DNA from: a bacterium
GTDB lineage: Bacteria > JAAXHH01
DNA: 64,000 nucleotides
Assembly: GCA_965248395.1 (NCBI GenBank)
Contig: OZ252103.1
Coordinates: forward strand, 3,127,493-3,191,492
Direction of reading: 5' to 3'
The notes under the pieces are model-generated. The model had not been told where the DNA came from and did not search any database. It was given only the letters and a program-made list of their open reading frames with translations. The position numbers and the translations under genes are program-made. Position 1 is the stretch's first letter. Each line of letters begins with the position of its first letter. Below are positions 1 to 9,919 of this stretch, one piece after another.

Positions 1-987
1 GAGGACAGAAAGGTCAGTTTCCCGATTTCCGGAATGAGCGGTCCGGAAAACTGGTTGCCGGCAAGACTAAAAAAAACCAAACCCGTCAATTCTCCTATTT
101 CGGAGGGTATGGGCCCACTGATGCTGTTGCCTGACAAATCCAGATTGGCCACTCGATTCAGCATGCCTACCGCAGGCGGGAGTAGTCCCGAAAGCCCGTT
201 TCCCGCCAGGTTCAGTTCCGTGACCATTCCCATTTCATCGGTCGTGACGCCGTGCCATTCTCCCAGGGGCGCGCCCGTCAGCCAGTTAGTCTGGTTCAGC
301 CAGTTCTGACCGTCCATTTCATGGTAAAGCTCGACAAGCGCCGCATGATCGGGGTCCGCAAACATCACCGTGATTTCCACGAAAGCGGACAATTCGCCTG
401 CGGTCGCCGTTATCTGTACGATGCCGTCGCTACGCGCGGTTACTACACCGTCAGAATCCACGCCGGCCACAGACCCGTCGCTACTGGACCACTGAGCAGG
501 TGCGCCTACTACCGGTCGCTCGTTTTCGTCCAGGACTACGGCCGAGAGTTTCAGGATCTCGCCCGGTTCAGTCAAGAGGCCCGACCGAGGTGTGATCGCG
601 ATCAAGGCGGCGGTCTGCGATACGGTTACGACCGCGGTCGCCGATGCCTCACCAGCCGTGGCCGTGATCTGTACGGTGCCGTTGGTTAACCGCGGTTAGG
701 AGTCCTGCTGCGCTCACGGTGGCCACGGACGCGTCGCTGCTCGTCCAGGTGACGCTCGCGTCCGGTATCGCCTTGCTGTAGCGATCAAACACCGTGGCGG
801 TGAACTGGTGGGTCGAGCCAAGCGCATTCAATGATATCGACAAGGCAGACACCATCACGCGCGCCGGTGTCTGAGGACCCGTCGGACTGTCTTTGCCGCA
901 GGCGCCCAGGATCAAAACAGTAAGTGAAATTGCAGTGTACCAGCCCATCCGCGCCACACTAGACATTTCCTTCCACCTTCCAATCAT
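1..987 (-). pseudogene. Lipoprotein with bacterial Ig-like (Big_2) domains followed by leucine-rich repeats. The reading frame is broken near 684-692. The 5' part (649..987) has a lipobox signal; the 3' part (1..648) is in another frame and runs past the window start.
   Basis: The N-terminus MIGRWKEMSSVARMGWYTAISLTVLILGAC is a signal peptide with a LGAC lipobox. ...ATVSAAGLLTAV is a Big_2 motif. My own reverse-complement translation of 1..648 gives an open frame with ...LTNGTVQITATAGEASATAVVTVSQ... (another Big_2 end), then ...DPDHAALVELYHEMDGQNWLNQTNWLTGAPLGEWHGVTTDE... (the canonical bacterial LRR N-cap), then LNLAGNGLSGLLPPAVG..LDLSGNSISGPIPSEIGEL..SLAGNQFSGPL LRR repeats. The two parts are in different frames, separated by one extra base in ..gttaacc... 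Confidence 0.55.
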
Positions 988-1254
988 CGGATCCCTGTGT
1001 CACTACAGACCTGAAGCATCACTGAAGTATCCGCAACGGTTTCCGGTGCAACAAACGTGTGACCGGCGTAAAGCGAACCTTCTTCGGAAGGTAACTCGAA
1101 ATTTGTAAAGCGTAAAGGCAAGTCGGCAGTCATTTACGTCCCGCACACCGCTCAGGAGGAACACGTATGCGGTTAAATTGCTGGTTTCAAAGGAACGGTA
1201 TGGGTATTATGAATATGTAAAGTCCTCAAAACGTAATCCAGACGTCTACCGTAT

Positions 1255-2277
1255 TTGGTTCGCACACTGTTTCTCATGCATTCCATCGTCATGTTATTCG
1301 CCATCGCCTTCTGCCTGGGAGGCGAGCCCTTCTTCGATGGAGATCGTACCTATCCGGGAGCACGCGACGTTTCATTCCGCCTGTCCGGATCGAAGGTAGC
1401 CAACGGCCATACGCTATTACTGGAATGCATCACGAAAGAATCAAAAAATGCGGGGGATAACGATGTAGCGCGAAGCGACGCCGGATCTGCAGATCCGGCA
1501 CAGATCACCGATCTCATCGTGGTGAGAGGGGATCGTTCTCATCGCATGTACGCTCATCCCTCGGAACTCGACGGCGTTTTGTTCACGCTGATCGGTATTC
1601 CCTATCGCGCGACACCCGGTCCGGACACCATCTACGTAGAATGGACCGAAAGCGATCGCATCTTCAACCGGGAACTGCCCTTCAGCGTAGGCACCGGACC
1701 GTATCGATTGGAGCAGATCCGCGGCGTGCCACAGAACAGGGTTACGCCCTCGCCCGTGGATTACCGCCGCATTGAACGGGAAAGGAAGGTCATCGCAAAG
1801 GCTTACGAAGCGGTCCGTGATACGACCATGATGGGTGACACGTTCAGTTATCCGGTGGAGAAGAAAACCATCACCAGTCCATACGGTACCCGCAGGGTGT
1901 TCAATGGTCAGTTGAGAAGCTACCACGGCGGCCTCGATCTTCGGGCCTACGAAGGGACGCCCATATACGCCGCGCAGTCCGGGGTGGTCAAGCTGGCACA
2001 GAACCTGTTCTACTCGGGTAATCATGTCCTGGTCGAACACGGTATGGGTATTCACACCGGGTATTCGCACATGAGCAGACTGTACGTGAAAACGGGCGAC
2101 CTGGTGACCCAGGGACAGTTGCTGGGCCTGTCGGGATCCACGGGCCGCGTGACCGCCGCCCACCTGCATTGGACGGTAAACGTGCACGGCGTGGGCGTAA
2201 GTCCGCTCCAGTTCTCCGAAGTCTTGGCCATGCTGTACAAGAAGCCCGTTGAGGTGCGTAACCCGAACGACGGATAG
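1255..2277 (+). CDS. M23 family (LytM/lysostaphin-like) metallopeptidase, secreted
   Basis: The C-terminal half has the M23 signature: GGLDLRAYEGTPIYAAQSGVV ... GNHVLVEHGMGIHTGYSHMS ... GLSGSTGRVTAAHLHWTV (HxxxD ... HxH). The N-terminus is hydrophobic. Confidence 0.85.
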   Translation: MVRTLFLMHSIVMLFAIAFCLGGEPFFDGDRTYPGARDVSFRLSGSKVANGHTLLLECITKESKNAGDNDVARSDAGSADPAQITDLIVVRGDRSHRMYAHPSELDGVLFTLIGIPYRATPGPDTIYVEWTESDRIFNRELPFSVGTGPYRLEQIRGVPQNRVTPSPVDYRRIERERKVIAKAYEAVRDTTMMGDTFSYPVEKKTITSPYGTRRVFNGQLRSYHGGLDLRAYEGTPIYAAQSGVVKLAQNLFYSGNHVLVEHGMGIHTGYSHMSRLYVKTGDLVTQGQLLGLSGSTGRVTAAHLHWTVNVHGVGVSPLQFSEVLAMLYKKPVEVRNPNDG

Positions 2278-2287
2278 GCGGTATAGG

Positions 2288-4027
2288 ATGCGCCCTGCAA
2301 TCGCCCTTCTGCTACCTGTTTCTTTATTCGCACTCATCGTAGCCCTGGCTGTGAGAGTTCCGGCCCAGTCCGCGCCGCAGGTCAATTCCGCCGGAGTGAC
2401 CCTGCCCCCGGACGCTGCGCCGCTCACCATGCAGCACCTGCGTACCTTCGAACTGAACAACCGGTACATGGATCGTACCACGCAGTCCTACCAGAAGGTT
2501 TTCGGTTTCTCCATTACCAACGAACCGCTCACCCGGGTCGATCGAAATTTCAATCTTCTTCCCGCAGCCGCGACGCACTGGGAAGTGACTCCCGACGGTT
2601 TGACGTGGATCTTTCATCTTCAGCGGGATCTCATATTCGGCGATGGTCGCCCGGTGACGGCCTACGATTATGAAGAAACGTTCAGGCGATGGGCCGATCC
2701 CGCAACCGGATTCGATTTCGTATGGTACTATCGCCCCATCAAGAACTGGGGCGAGGTCGTCGCCGGCCACCTGCCCCTGGATTCGCTGGGGGTCCAGGCC
2801 CGGGACGAACACACCATCGCGTTCACCACAAATGACCCGACACCTTATGCGCCCCAGTTGCTCAACTACAGCTGGGTGACGCCTACGCACCTGTTCGAGA
2901 AGTACGGCGACGCATGGTCGACCAAGGCGGAGACACATATGGGCAACGGACCGTACCGCCTCAGGGAATGGACAATTAACGAACGCATCATCCTCGAACC
3001 CAGTCCTACGTACAGAGGACCCAATAAGCCGTACCTGGAACGGATCATGGCCCGGTTATACAATGCCGCGGCGCCGCCGCCCTTTCTGGCTGCCTACGAG
3101 GCAGATGAAGTGGATTATGTACTTCTGAATAACCAGGCCGAAATCAACCGGGTTAAATCTAACCCGATCCTGCGCGGCCATCTGAATACCTATACCAAAT
3201 TCGCAACGTATTACCTGATGATGGACACCCGCCATCCACCCTTCAACGATCTGCGTGTGCGACAGGCCTTCAGCCATGCCGTGGACCAGGCGTCCCTCAT
3301 GAAATCCGCCCTCCGGGACATCGCCAGGCCGGCTGTCTCCATGCTGCCGCCCGGATTCCCTGCGGCAAACGGGGCTGCCCTGGCTTCCATACAGCGCTAC
3401 GACCCGGTTCTGGCACGCCAACGTCTTACGGAAGCGGGATACTCTGACGGAAGGGGGTTCCCCGCCATGAGCATGTGGCTGCGGGGTGAACCGCGGGAGA
3501 TCGCTACCGCTGCCGAGGCGGTGCAGGCCATGCTGAAACAGAACCTGAATATCGACGTCGGCGTTCGTAACGTCGAACAAAAGGTCTTCACGGAAACGAT
3601 GAACGGGAAGGGAATCACCCTTGCGCTCATCCCCTACGAATACGACTACGCCGACCCCAGCAATCTTCTTTCTCTGTGGCTGTCGAACGGCAGGCATCCA
3701 TGGCGCAACGAGCGGTATGAAGAACTGGTCCTGCGGGCCAACGTCACGGTGGGTGACCCGAAGCGACGTGTGCGACTCTATCAGGAGGCAGAAGAGATTC
3801 TGGTGCGCGACGTGGGCGGCGTGTTCCTGTGGCACGTGCTGGCAAACGAGATGTGGCGGCCTTACGTGCGGGGTTCGGCCATTGAGACCAATGAATGGGG
3901 CTACAGGGCCTGGCGCGATAACAAACTATCGAACCTGATTCCCACGCTGTATATCACGAGTGAAATCATGAATGAAACATCTGCTCAACGTTCCGTGGGT
4001 ATATGGCATTGGCTGACGAAACAGTAA
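2288..4027 (+). CDS. ABC transporter substrate-binding protein, family 5 (DppA/OppA/MppA-like), paralogue 1 of 3
   Basis: It is about 580 aa with an N-terminal signal peptide (MRPAIALLLPVSLFALIVALA). Family-5 SBP motifs are present (..GPYRL.EW..NERI.LEP..Y.., ..YYL.MDTR.PPFNDLRVRQA..HA.D). Start chosen at the ATG at 2288, preceded by ggtatagg, in frame with the track ORF at 2249. Confidence 0.85.
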   Translation: MRPAIALLLPVSLFALIVALAVRVPAQSAPQVNSAGVTLPPDAAPLTMQHLRTFELNNRYMDRTTQSYQKVFGFSITNEPLTRVDRNFNLLPAAATHWEVTPDGLTWIFHLQRDLIFGDGRPVTAYDYEETFRRWADPATGFDFVWYYRPIKNWGEVVAGHLPLDSLGVQARDEHTIAFTTNDPTPYAPQLLNYSWVTPTHLFEKYGDAWSTKAETHMGNGPYRLREWTINERIILEPSPTYRGPNKPYLERIMARLYNAAAPPPFLAAYEADEVDYVLLNNQAEINRVKSNPILRGHLNTYTKFATYYLMMDTRHPPFNDLRVRQAFSHAVDQASLMKSALRDIARPAVSMLPPGFPAANGAALASIQRYDPVLARQRLTEAGYSDGRGFPAMSMWLRGEPREIATAAEAVQAMLKQNLNIDVGVRNVEQKVFTETMNGKGITLALIPYEYDYADPSNLLSLWLSNGRHPWRNERYEELVLRANVTVGDPKRRVRLYQEAEEILVRDVGGVFLWHVLANEMWRPYVRGSAIETNEWGYRAWRDNKLSNLIPTLYITSEIMNETSAQRSVGIWHWLTKQ

Positions 4028-4096
4028 CGCGGTAAAACGACCATACCTCTTGTCCTCGGAAGAAAGCACTTTGAGAAACGGTAAACCGGAGAACGC

Positions 4097-5836
4097 ATGC
4101 GCCTGACTCTCGCCCTTTCTCTACTCGCATCCATCCTCCTTCTCGCGGCCGGCATGGCCGCGAGTATTCCAGCTCGATCGACGCCGCAAGTCAATTCCGT
4201 CGGCGTGACGCTGCCCCGGGACGCAGCGCCGCCCTCCATGCAGCACCTGCGGATTTTCGAGCTGAACAACCGGTACATGGACCGGGCTACGTCTTCCTAC
4301 CAGAAGTCCTTCGGGTTTGCCCTGACGAACGAACCGCTAAACCGGGTCGATCGTAATTTCAATCTAGTTCCCGCCGCAGCAACCCACTGGGAAGTAACCG
4401 AAGACGGGCATACCTGGATTTTCCACCTCAGGGAAGACATGGTGTTCGGCGACGGCAAGCCCGTTACCGCCTACGACTATGCAGACACCTTCCGGCGATG
4501 GGCCGACCCCAAAACGGGATTCGATTTCGAGTGGTACTACCGGCCGATAAAGAACTGGGGCGCCGTCGTCGCACGGGATATGCCCCTGGATTCGCTGGGC
4601 GTCAAAGCGCTGGACCGGTATACCATTGCCTTCACGACCACCCGGCCTGCGCCTTTCGCGCCGCAATTGCTCAACTACAGCTGGGTGACGCCCACACATC
4701 AGTTCAAGAAGTACGGGGCAGCGTGGTCCACCAAACCCGAAACTCACATCGGGTATGGACCCTACCGGCTCAAGGAATGGACCATCAATCACCGCATCGT
4801 CCTGGAACCGAATCCTACGTACCCTGGGCCCAGCACACCATTCCTGGAACGTATCACAGCCCGTCTCTACAACGCGGCAGCCCAGCCGCCCTTCCTCGCC
4901 TCCTACGAAGCGGGCGAGGTCGACTACGTCCTGCTGAACAACCCGGCCGAGATCAACCGGGTCCGGTCCGACCCGGTACTGAGGAGCCAACTGAATACCT
5001 ATACCAATTTCACCACGTACTATCTCTTCATGGATACCCGCGGTCCGCCCTTCGACGACCTGCGCGTCCGCCAGGCCATCAGCCACGCCATCGACCAGCC
5101 GGCCATCATGAAATCCGCTCTGAAGGACATCGCCATCTCTGCCGTCTCCATGATGCCGGCCGGATTTCCGGCCGCCAGTCCCGAATCGCTGGCTTCCATT
5201 CAGCGTTACGACCCGGAAAAGGCCCGCCGGCTGCTCGCGGAAGCGGGCTACCCGAACGGCAAGGGGTTCCCGACCATGGCCATGTGGCTGCGCGGCGAGG
5301 CGTACCTGAGAAAGGTGGCCGCCGAGGCCATTCAGGCCATGCTGAAGCAGAATCTGAATGTTGAGATCGAGGTACTGAACGTGGAACGGAAGGTCTACAC
5401 GGAAGCCTTGAACGCCAAAGAGATCCCCTTTTCCATGCTCGCCTACGGTTGGGATTACCTGGATCCCAGCAACCTGCTCAACCTGTGGCTGTCACGGGGA
5501 CGCCATCCCTGGCGCAACGAACGATACGAGGAACTCGTGGAACGGGCCAATCATCTGGTGGATGATCCCGACCGGCGCACCCGACTCTACCAGGAAGCGG
5601 AAGAGATCCTGGTCCGGGACGTGGGCGGCGTCTTCCTCTGGCACGACCTGGTCAACGAGATGTGGCGGCCCTACATCCGCGGAGAAGCGCTCGAGCCCAA
5701 CGATCTGAGTTACAGGGCCTGGCGGGGAAACCAGATGCTTAACCTGATGACAACGCTTTACATTTCCGAGGACATCTCTCGAGAGTCGACGGACCGAAAA
5801 CCGGCCGGACTGTGGAGCTGGTTGACCGGCCGTTGA
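4097..5836 (+). CDS. ABC transporter substrate-binding protein, family 5, paralogue 2 of 3
   Basis: By eye it is roughly 75-80% identical to paralogues 1 and 3 over its full length (same motifs: HLRIFELNNRYMDR..., GPYRLKEWTINHRIVLEP). Signal peptide MRLTLALSLLASILLLAAGMAAS. Confidence 0.85.
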   Translation: MRLTLALSLLASILLLAAGMAASIPARSTPQVNSVGVTLPRDAAPPSMQHLRIFELNNRYMDRATSSYQKSFGFALTNEPLNRVDRNFNLVPAAATHWEVTEDGHTWIFHLREDMVFGDGKPVTAYDYADTFRRWADPKTGFDFEWYYRPIKNWGAVVARDMPLDSLGVKALDRYTIAFTTTRPAPFAPQLLNYSWVTPTHQFKKYGAAWSTKPETHIGYGPYRLKEWTINHRIVLEPNPTYPGPSTPFLERITARLYNAAAQPPFLASYEAGEVDYVLLNNPAEINRVRSDPVLRSQLNTYTNFTTYYLFMDTRGPPFDDLRVRQAISHAIDQPAIMKSALKDIAISAVSMMPAGFPAASPESLASIQRYDPEKARRLLAEAGYPNGKGFPTMAMWLRGEAYLRKVAAEAIQAMLKQNLNVEIEVLNVERKVYTEALNAKEIPFSMLAYGWDYLDPSNLLNLWLSRGRHPWRNERYEELVERANHLVDDPDRRTRLYQEAEEILVRDVGGVFLWHDLVNEMWRPYIRGEALEPNDLSYRAWRGNQMLNLMTTLYISEDISRESTDRKPAGLWSWLTGR

Positions 5837-5879
5837 CGGAACAGGTCTCCTGAGGCAACGGCCAGATTGGTATCTGCTC

Positions 5880-7661
5880 ATGCGCATGGGCCATTTAAAA
5901 CGAATCCGGAAGAATCGAATCCGGACGATCCCCATCGCGGCGGTGATGCTGCTCGCCGCCGTGGCGCTGGGCGCCGTCATCGCAGCTCCGCCGAACACGA
6001 AGATGGAAGCGCGGGTCAATTCCGTCGGCGTCGCCCTGCCCTCGGACTCCGCTCCGCCGGACCGTCAGCATTTGCGCACCTTCGAGTTGAACAACCGGTA
6101 CATGGACCGGGCCACTTCCTCCTACCAGAAGGTCTTTGGCTTTGCGCTGACCAACGAACCATTGACCCGGGTCGACCGCGATTTCAATCTGCTTCCCGCC
6201 GCGGCGACGCACTGGGAGGTGACTGAAGACAAGCACACCTGGATCTTCCATCTTCAGAAAGACCTGGTTTTCGGTGACGGCCGCCCCGTTACGGCCTATG
6301 ACTACGAGGCTTCGTTCCGGCGGTGGGCCGATCCCAGGACAGGGTTCGATTTCGAATGGTACTACAGGCCTATCCGGAACTGGGGGGAGGTCGTGTCCGG
6401 CCGCATGCCGCTGGATTCCCTGGGCGTCGAGGCGCTGGATCCGCACACCATCGCCATCACAACGACCCTACCGACGCCCTATGCACCGGAACTGCTCAAC
6501 TACAGCTGGGTGACGCCCACCCACCTGTACGAAAAATACGGCGCGGCCTGGTCGACCCGGCCCGAGACCCACATGGGCAGTGGTCCGTTCCGCCTCAAGG
6601 AATGGACGATCAACGACCGCATCGTCCTCGAACCGAGCCCCACGTATCGTGGGCCCAACAAGCCCTACCTGGAACGCATCACGGCGCAACTCTTCAACTC
6701 CGCCGCACAACCGCCCTACCTCGCTGCTTACGAGGCCGGTGAAGTAGACTACATCGTGCTAAGCAACCAAGCCGAAATTAACCGGGTGATGTCCAATCCC
6801 GATTTGAACGGCCACCTGAACACCTATGTAGATTTCCAGACCTATTACCTGATGATGGACACCCGCAATCCGCCCTTCAACGATCTGCGGGTACGCCAGG
6901 CCTTCAGCCACGCCATCGACCAGGCGGCCCTCATGAACTCCGCGCTGCGGGATATCGGATTGCCCGCCTCGTCCATGGTGCCGCCCGGATTCCCGGCTGC
7001 CAACACGGAAGTGCTGGCTGCCATACAACGGTACGACCCAGACCTGGCACGCAAGCTTCTGGCGGAAGCGGGCTACCCGGACGGACGGGGATTCCCGGCA
7101 GTCAGTATGTGGCTGCGCGGGGAACCGATTGTGATCAACACGGCCGCCGAGGCGGTGCAGGCCATGCTGAAACAGAGTCTGAATATCGAGGTCGGCGTCC
7201 GGAACGTGGAGAGGAAAGTGTTCACGGAAACGATGAACGCCAAGGAACTCTCCCTGGCGCTCATCCCCTACCGTTACGATTACGTCGACGCGAGCAACCT
7301 GCTCACGCTGTGGTTGTCGAACGGTAGACATCCCTGGCGAAATGAACGTTTCGAAGAACTGGTGCTTCGTGCAAACGTGCTGGTGGGTGACCCGGACCGG
7401 CGCACCGAGTTATACAAGGAAGCGGAGGAAATCCTCGTCCGCGACGTGGGCGGCGTGTTCCTTTGGCACACCTTGATCAATGAAATGTGGCGGCCCTACG
7501 TGCGGGGCGCGGCGATCGAAACCAACAGGTGGGGCTACAGGGCGTGGCGGGGCAACCAGATGCTGAACCTGATGCCGACGCTGTATATGTCGCGGGAGAT
7601 CCTGGACACGGATTCGAAACAGGAAACCACCGGCTTCTGGGATTGGCTGACCACCAGGTAA
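5880..7661 (+). CDS. ABC transporter substrate-binding protein, family 5, paralogue 3 of 3
   Basis: Same family and high identity to paralogues 1 and 2. It has a hydrophobic signal/anchor. The true start may be a few codons downstream of 5880. Confidence 0.85.
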   Translation: MRMGHLKRIRKNRIRTIPIAAVMLLAAVALGAVIAAPPNTKMEARVNSVGVALPSDSAPPDRQHLRTFELNNRYMDRATSSYQKVFGFALTNEPLTRVDRDFNLLPAAATHWEVTEDKHTWIFHLQKDLVFGDGRPVTAYDYEASFRRWADPRTGFDFEWYYRPIRNWGEVVSGRMPLDSLGVEALDPHTIAITTTLPTPYAPELLNYSWVTPTHLYEKYGAAWSTRPETHMGSGPFRLKEWTINDRIVLEPSPTYRGPNKPYLERITAQLFNSAAQPPYLAAYEAGEVDYIVLSNQAEINRVMSNPDLNGHLNTYVDFQTYYLMMDTRNPPFNDLRVRQAFSHAIDQAALMNSALRDIGLPASSMVPPGFPAANTEVLAAIQRYDPDLARKLLAEAGYPDGRGFPAVSMWLRGEPIVINTAAEAVQAMLKQSLNIEVGVRNVERKVFTETMNAKELSLALIPYRYDYVDASNLLTLWLSNGRHPWRNERFEELVLRANVLVGDPDRRTELYKEAEEILVRDVGGVFLWHTLINEMWRPYVRGAAIETNRWGYRAWRGNQMLNLMPTLYMSREILDTDSKQETTGFWDWLTTR

Positions 7662-7671
7662 AACGCCGGGT

Positions 7672-8367
7672 CTAATTCCCCTGGACCGCTTCTGCCGCCG
7701 CGGCTTCCGCCACGATACGACCGTCGAAAAGCCGGATGGTCCGGTGGGCGTGGTCGGCCAGCGTCTGGTCGTGCGTCACCATGATGATGGTCGTTCCCGC
7801 TTCGTTGAGGCCGTTCAGCAGGTCCATCACCTCCGCGCCGTTGGCCGAATCCAGGTTTCCGGTGGGCTCATCGGCCAGGATCAGACTGGGATTGCCGATG
7901 ACCGCCCGCGCCACCGCCACCCGCTGCTGCTGGCCGCCGGAGAGTTGCTGCGGGAAGTGGTTCCGGCGGTGGGGGATCTGCATGTGTTCCATCGCCGCGT
8001 CCACCCGTTCCTTCCGTTCCGTCTTGGAAGTGCCCAGGTAGATCAGAGGCAGTTCAATATTTTCATAAACGGTCAGTTCGTCGATCAGGTTGAAGCTCTG
8101 GAATACGAAGCCGATGTTGTTCTTGCGCAGATTGGCCCTTTGCCGCTCGGAGTGACCGGACACTTCCTCGTCCAGGAAATGGTATTCCCCGCCCGTGGGG
8201 TTGTCGAGGAGACCGAGGATGTTGAGCAGCGTGGACTTGCCGCAACCCGATGGTCCCATGACCGCCACGAATTCCCCCTGGTCCACGGCCATGGTCACGT
8301 CGTTCAGCGCCGTCGTCTCCACCTCTTCAGTCGCATATAGCTTTTTGAGATTCTGCGTGCTGATCAT
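7672..8367 (-). CDS. ABC transporter ATP-binding protein (MacB/LolD/FtsE-type stand-alone nucleotide-binding domain)
   Basis: Walker A GPSGCGKST, Q-loop, signature LSGGQQQRVAVARA, Walker B ILADEPTGNLD and H-loop VTHD. It is 231 aa, so NBD only. Confidence 0.85.
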   Translation of the reverse strand: MISTQNLKKLYATEEVETTALNDVTMAVDQGEFVAVMGPSGCGKSTLLNILGLLDNPTGGEYHFLDEEVSGHSERQRANLRKNNIGFVFQSFNLIDELTVYENIELPLIYLGTSKTERKERVDAAMEHMQIPHRRNHFPQQLSGGQQQRVAVARAVIGNPSLILADEPTGNLDSANGAEVMDLLNGLNEAGTTIIMVTHDQTLADHAHRTIRLFDGRIVAEAAAAEAVQGN

Positions 8368-8471
8368 GGTACGCTCCTGTAATTTGTAGATTCACCAGGC
8401 ATATTCTTTTCGCGTATCCCGATGAGTTGCAATATACGATTATAATGTCCGATATCGACTAGTTTTGCCAG

Positions 8472-9806
8472 CTATTTCAACACCAGCTGTTCCATGTCGC
8501 CGAAGTTGTCGTACATGGACGTGATCACCGTTTCTCCCTCTTCCAGCCCCTCTAGCACCTCGAAGAACTGGCTGTTCTGCCGGCCGAGCCGAATCGGGCG
8601 CCGCACGGCGAATTCGTCCGAGGAATCGAGCACGTAGATCCACCGCCCGCCCGTCTTCTGGTAAAACCCGCCCCGGGGCACCTGGAGCGCATCGGCCAGT
8701 TCGCCCAGGGCGATGCGTACCTGGAGCGTCTGCCCGCGCCGGAGCCCTTCCGGCATGCCTTCCACGAACACCATGTCCGCCTCGAACTGGCCCTCGATCA
8801 CTTCGGGATATACCCGGCCGATCACCAGGTTGTAGGTCCCGCCGGCGAAATCGAAGGAACCCGCCTGGCCGGATCGGATGCGGGCAATGTAATGCTCGTC
8901 GATCGCCGCGCGTACCTTGAACTGGTCCTCCACGTCGATCTGCCCAAGACGTTCGCCACGGGGTTTGGACTCGCCCACCTCGGCAATTAGAGAGGAAAGC
9001 AGCCCCGTTATGGGCGCGCGGAGCGTCAGGTTCTCCTGGTTTTCCTTGATGACTTCGAGATTCAGGCCCAGCCGGTCGATCGACTCTTCCAGCTGCTCGA
9101 TCTGCACTTCCTGATATATCGAATCCTGGCTCACTGTTTCAATGGTTACGCTCCTCTTGCGCGTCAGATATTCGAGGTTGTCCTGCGCCGTGTCATACTC
9201 CTGGCGAGTGCCCAGGTCCGCCTCGAGCAGGGCTTCCTGCCGCTCGTACTCCCGCTCGGCCTGGCGCAATTCGTAGTCCAGTTCCACCATTTGCGCGCGC
9301 AGGTTCAGGCGCCGCTGCGCCATGATAACCCGTGTCTGCCTGAGTTCGTTCACCTCGCGGAACAACTCGGCTTCACGCTGCATGACGTTCAGTTGAAGCG
9401 TGGCGTTGGACAGGCGCAGGATCTGCGTACCCAGCTCGACCTGCGTGCCCTCTTCGACGAAGACCTCCTCCACCCGACCGCCTTCCACCGCGTCCAGGTA
9501 GATCGTCGTGAGCGGCATCACCGCACCCTGCTCGACGATGTACTCCAGGAAGGGTCCGTAGGTTACCGGCGCCAGGGTCAGTTTCCCGGCGTCCACGTTC
9601 AGCGAGGAGGTGTTGACGGTGAGCAACGCGTAGGCCCCGAAAGCGATAACCGCGGCGACCAGGACGCCGAGCGCGATCCTGCGGGGCGTAAAGCGCTTCC
9701 GCTCGATCCTGCGGTCCATGGTGTTGTCCTGCTCACGCTGTCTATCCGCCGTGAACATCTCCACCAGACCCTTGCTTTTTTCATCGTTCTGACGCGAATC
9801 GTTCAT
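8472..9806 (-). CDS. HlyD/MacA-family periplasmic adaptor (membrane fusion protein)
   Basis: It has an N-terminal TM anchor (RIALGVLVAAVIAFGAYALL), a long coiled-coil region rich in heptad-like Q/E/L/R, and a C-terminal beta-barrel/MP domain typical of HlyD-family MFPs. Start set to the ATG (MNDSRQ...) in frame with the track ORF; the start is uncertain. Confidence 0.75.
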   Translation of the reverse strand: MNDSRQNDEKSKGLVEMFTADRQREQDNTMDRRIERKRFTPRRIALGVLVAAVIAFGAYALLTVNTSSLNVDAGKLTLAPVTYGPFLEYIVEQGAVMPLTTIYLDAVEGGRVEEVFVEEGTQVELGTQILRLSNATLQLNVMQREAELFREVNELRQTRVIMAQRRLNLRAQMVELDYELRQAEREYERQEALLEADLGTRQEYDTAQDNLEYLTRKRSVTIETVSQDSIYQEVQIEQLEESIDRLGLNLEVIKENQENLTLRAPITGLLSSLIAEVGESKPRGERLGQIDVEDQFKVRAAIDEHYIARIRSGQAGSFDFAGGTYNLVIGRVYPEVIEGQFEADMVFVEGMPEGLRRGQTLQVRIALGELADALQVPRGGFYQKTGGRWIYVLDSSDEFAVRRPIRLGRQNSQFFEVLEGLEEGETVITSMYDNFGDMEQLVLK

Positions 9807-9919
9807 ATATAATCCACAATACGTTTTCTGTCTACCGCGCGCTGCGAACCGGACGCGCTGTTGATTTACCCAGATACGGAGGCATCCAAGCAGGAAATCC
9901 GGTGGCATCCGGCCGGCCG

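Noticed and set aside
7440-7470. TGGCAC-N5-TTGA sigma54 promoter-like site (also TGGCACGCATCGTTCG near 62959)
   Set aside because: The first is inside the SBP3 coding sequence and lacks the GC of the -12 element. The second has -24/-12 spacing off by two. Neither is a credible sigma54 promoter.
2288-7661. Whether the three SBP genes are an assembly duplication artefact
   Set aside because: The copies differ at about 20% of residues throughout and have distinct signal peptides and intergenic spacers. Collapsed or duplicated repeats would be near-identical.
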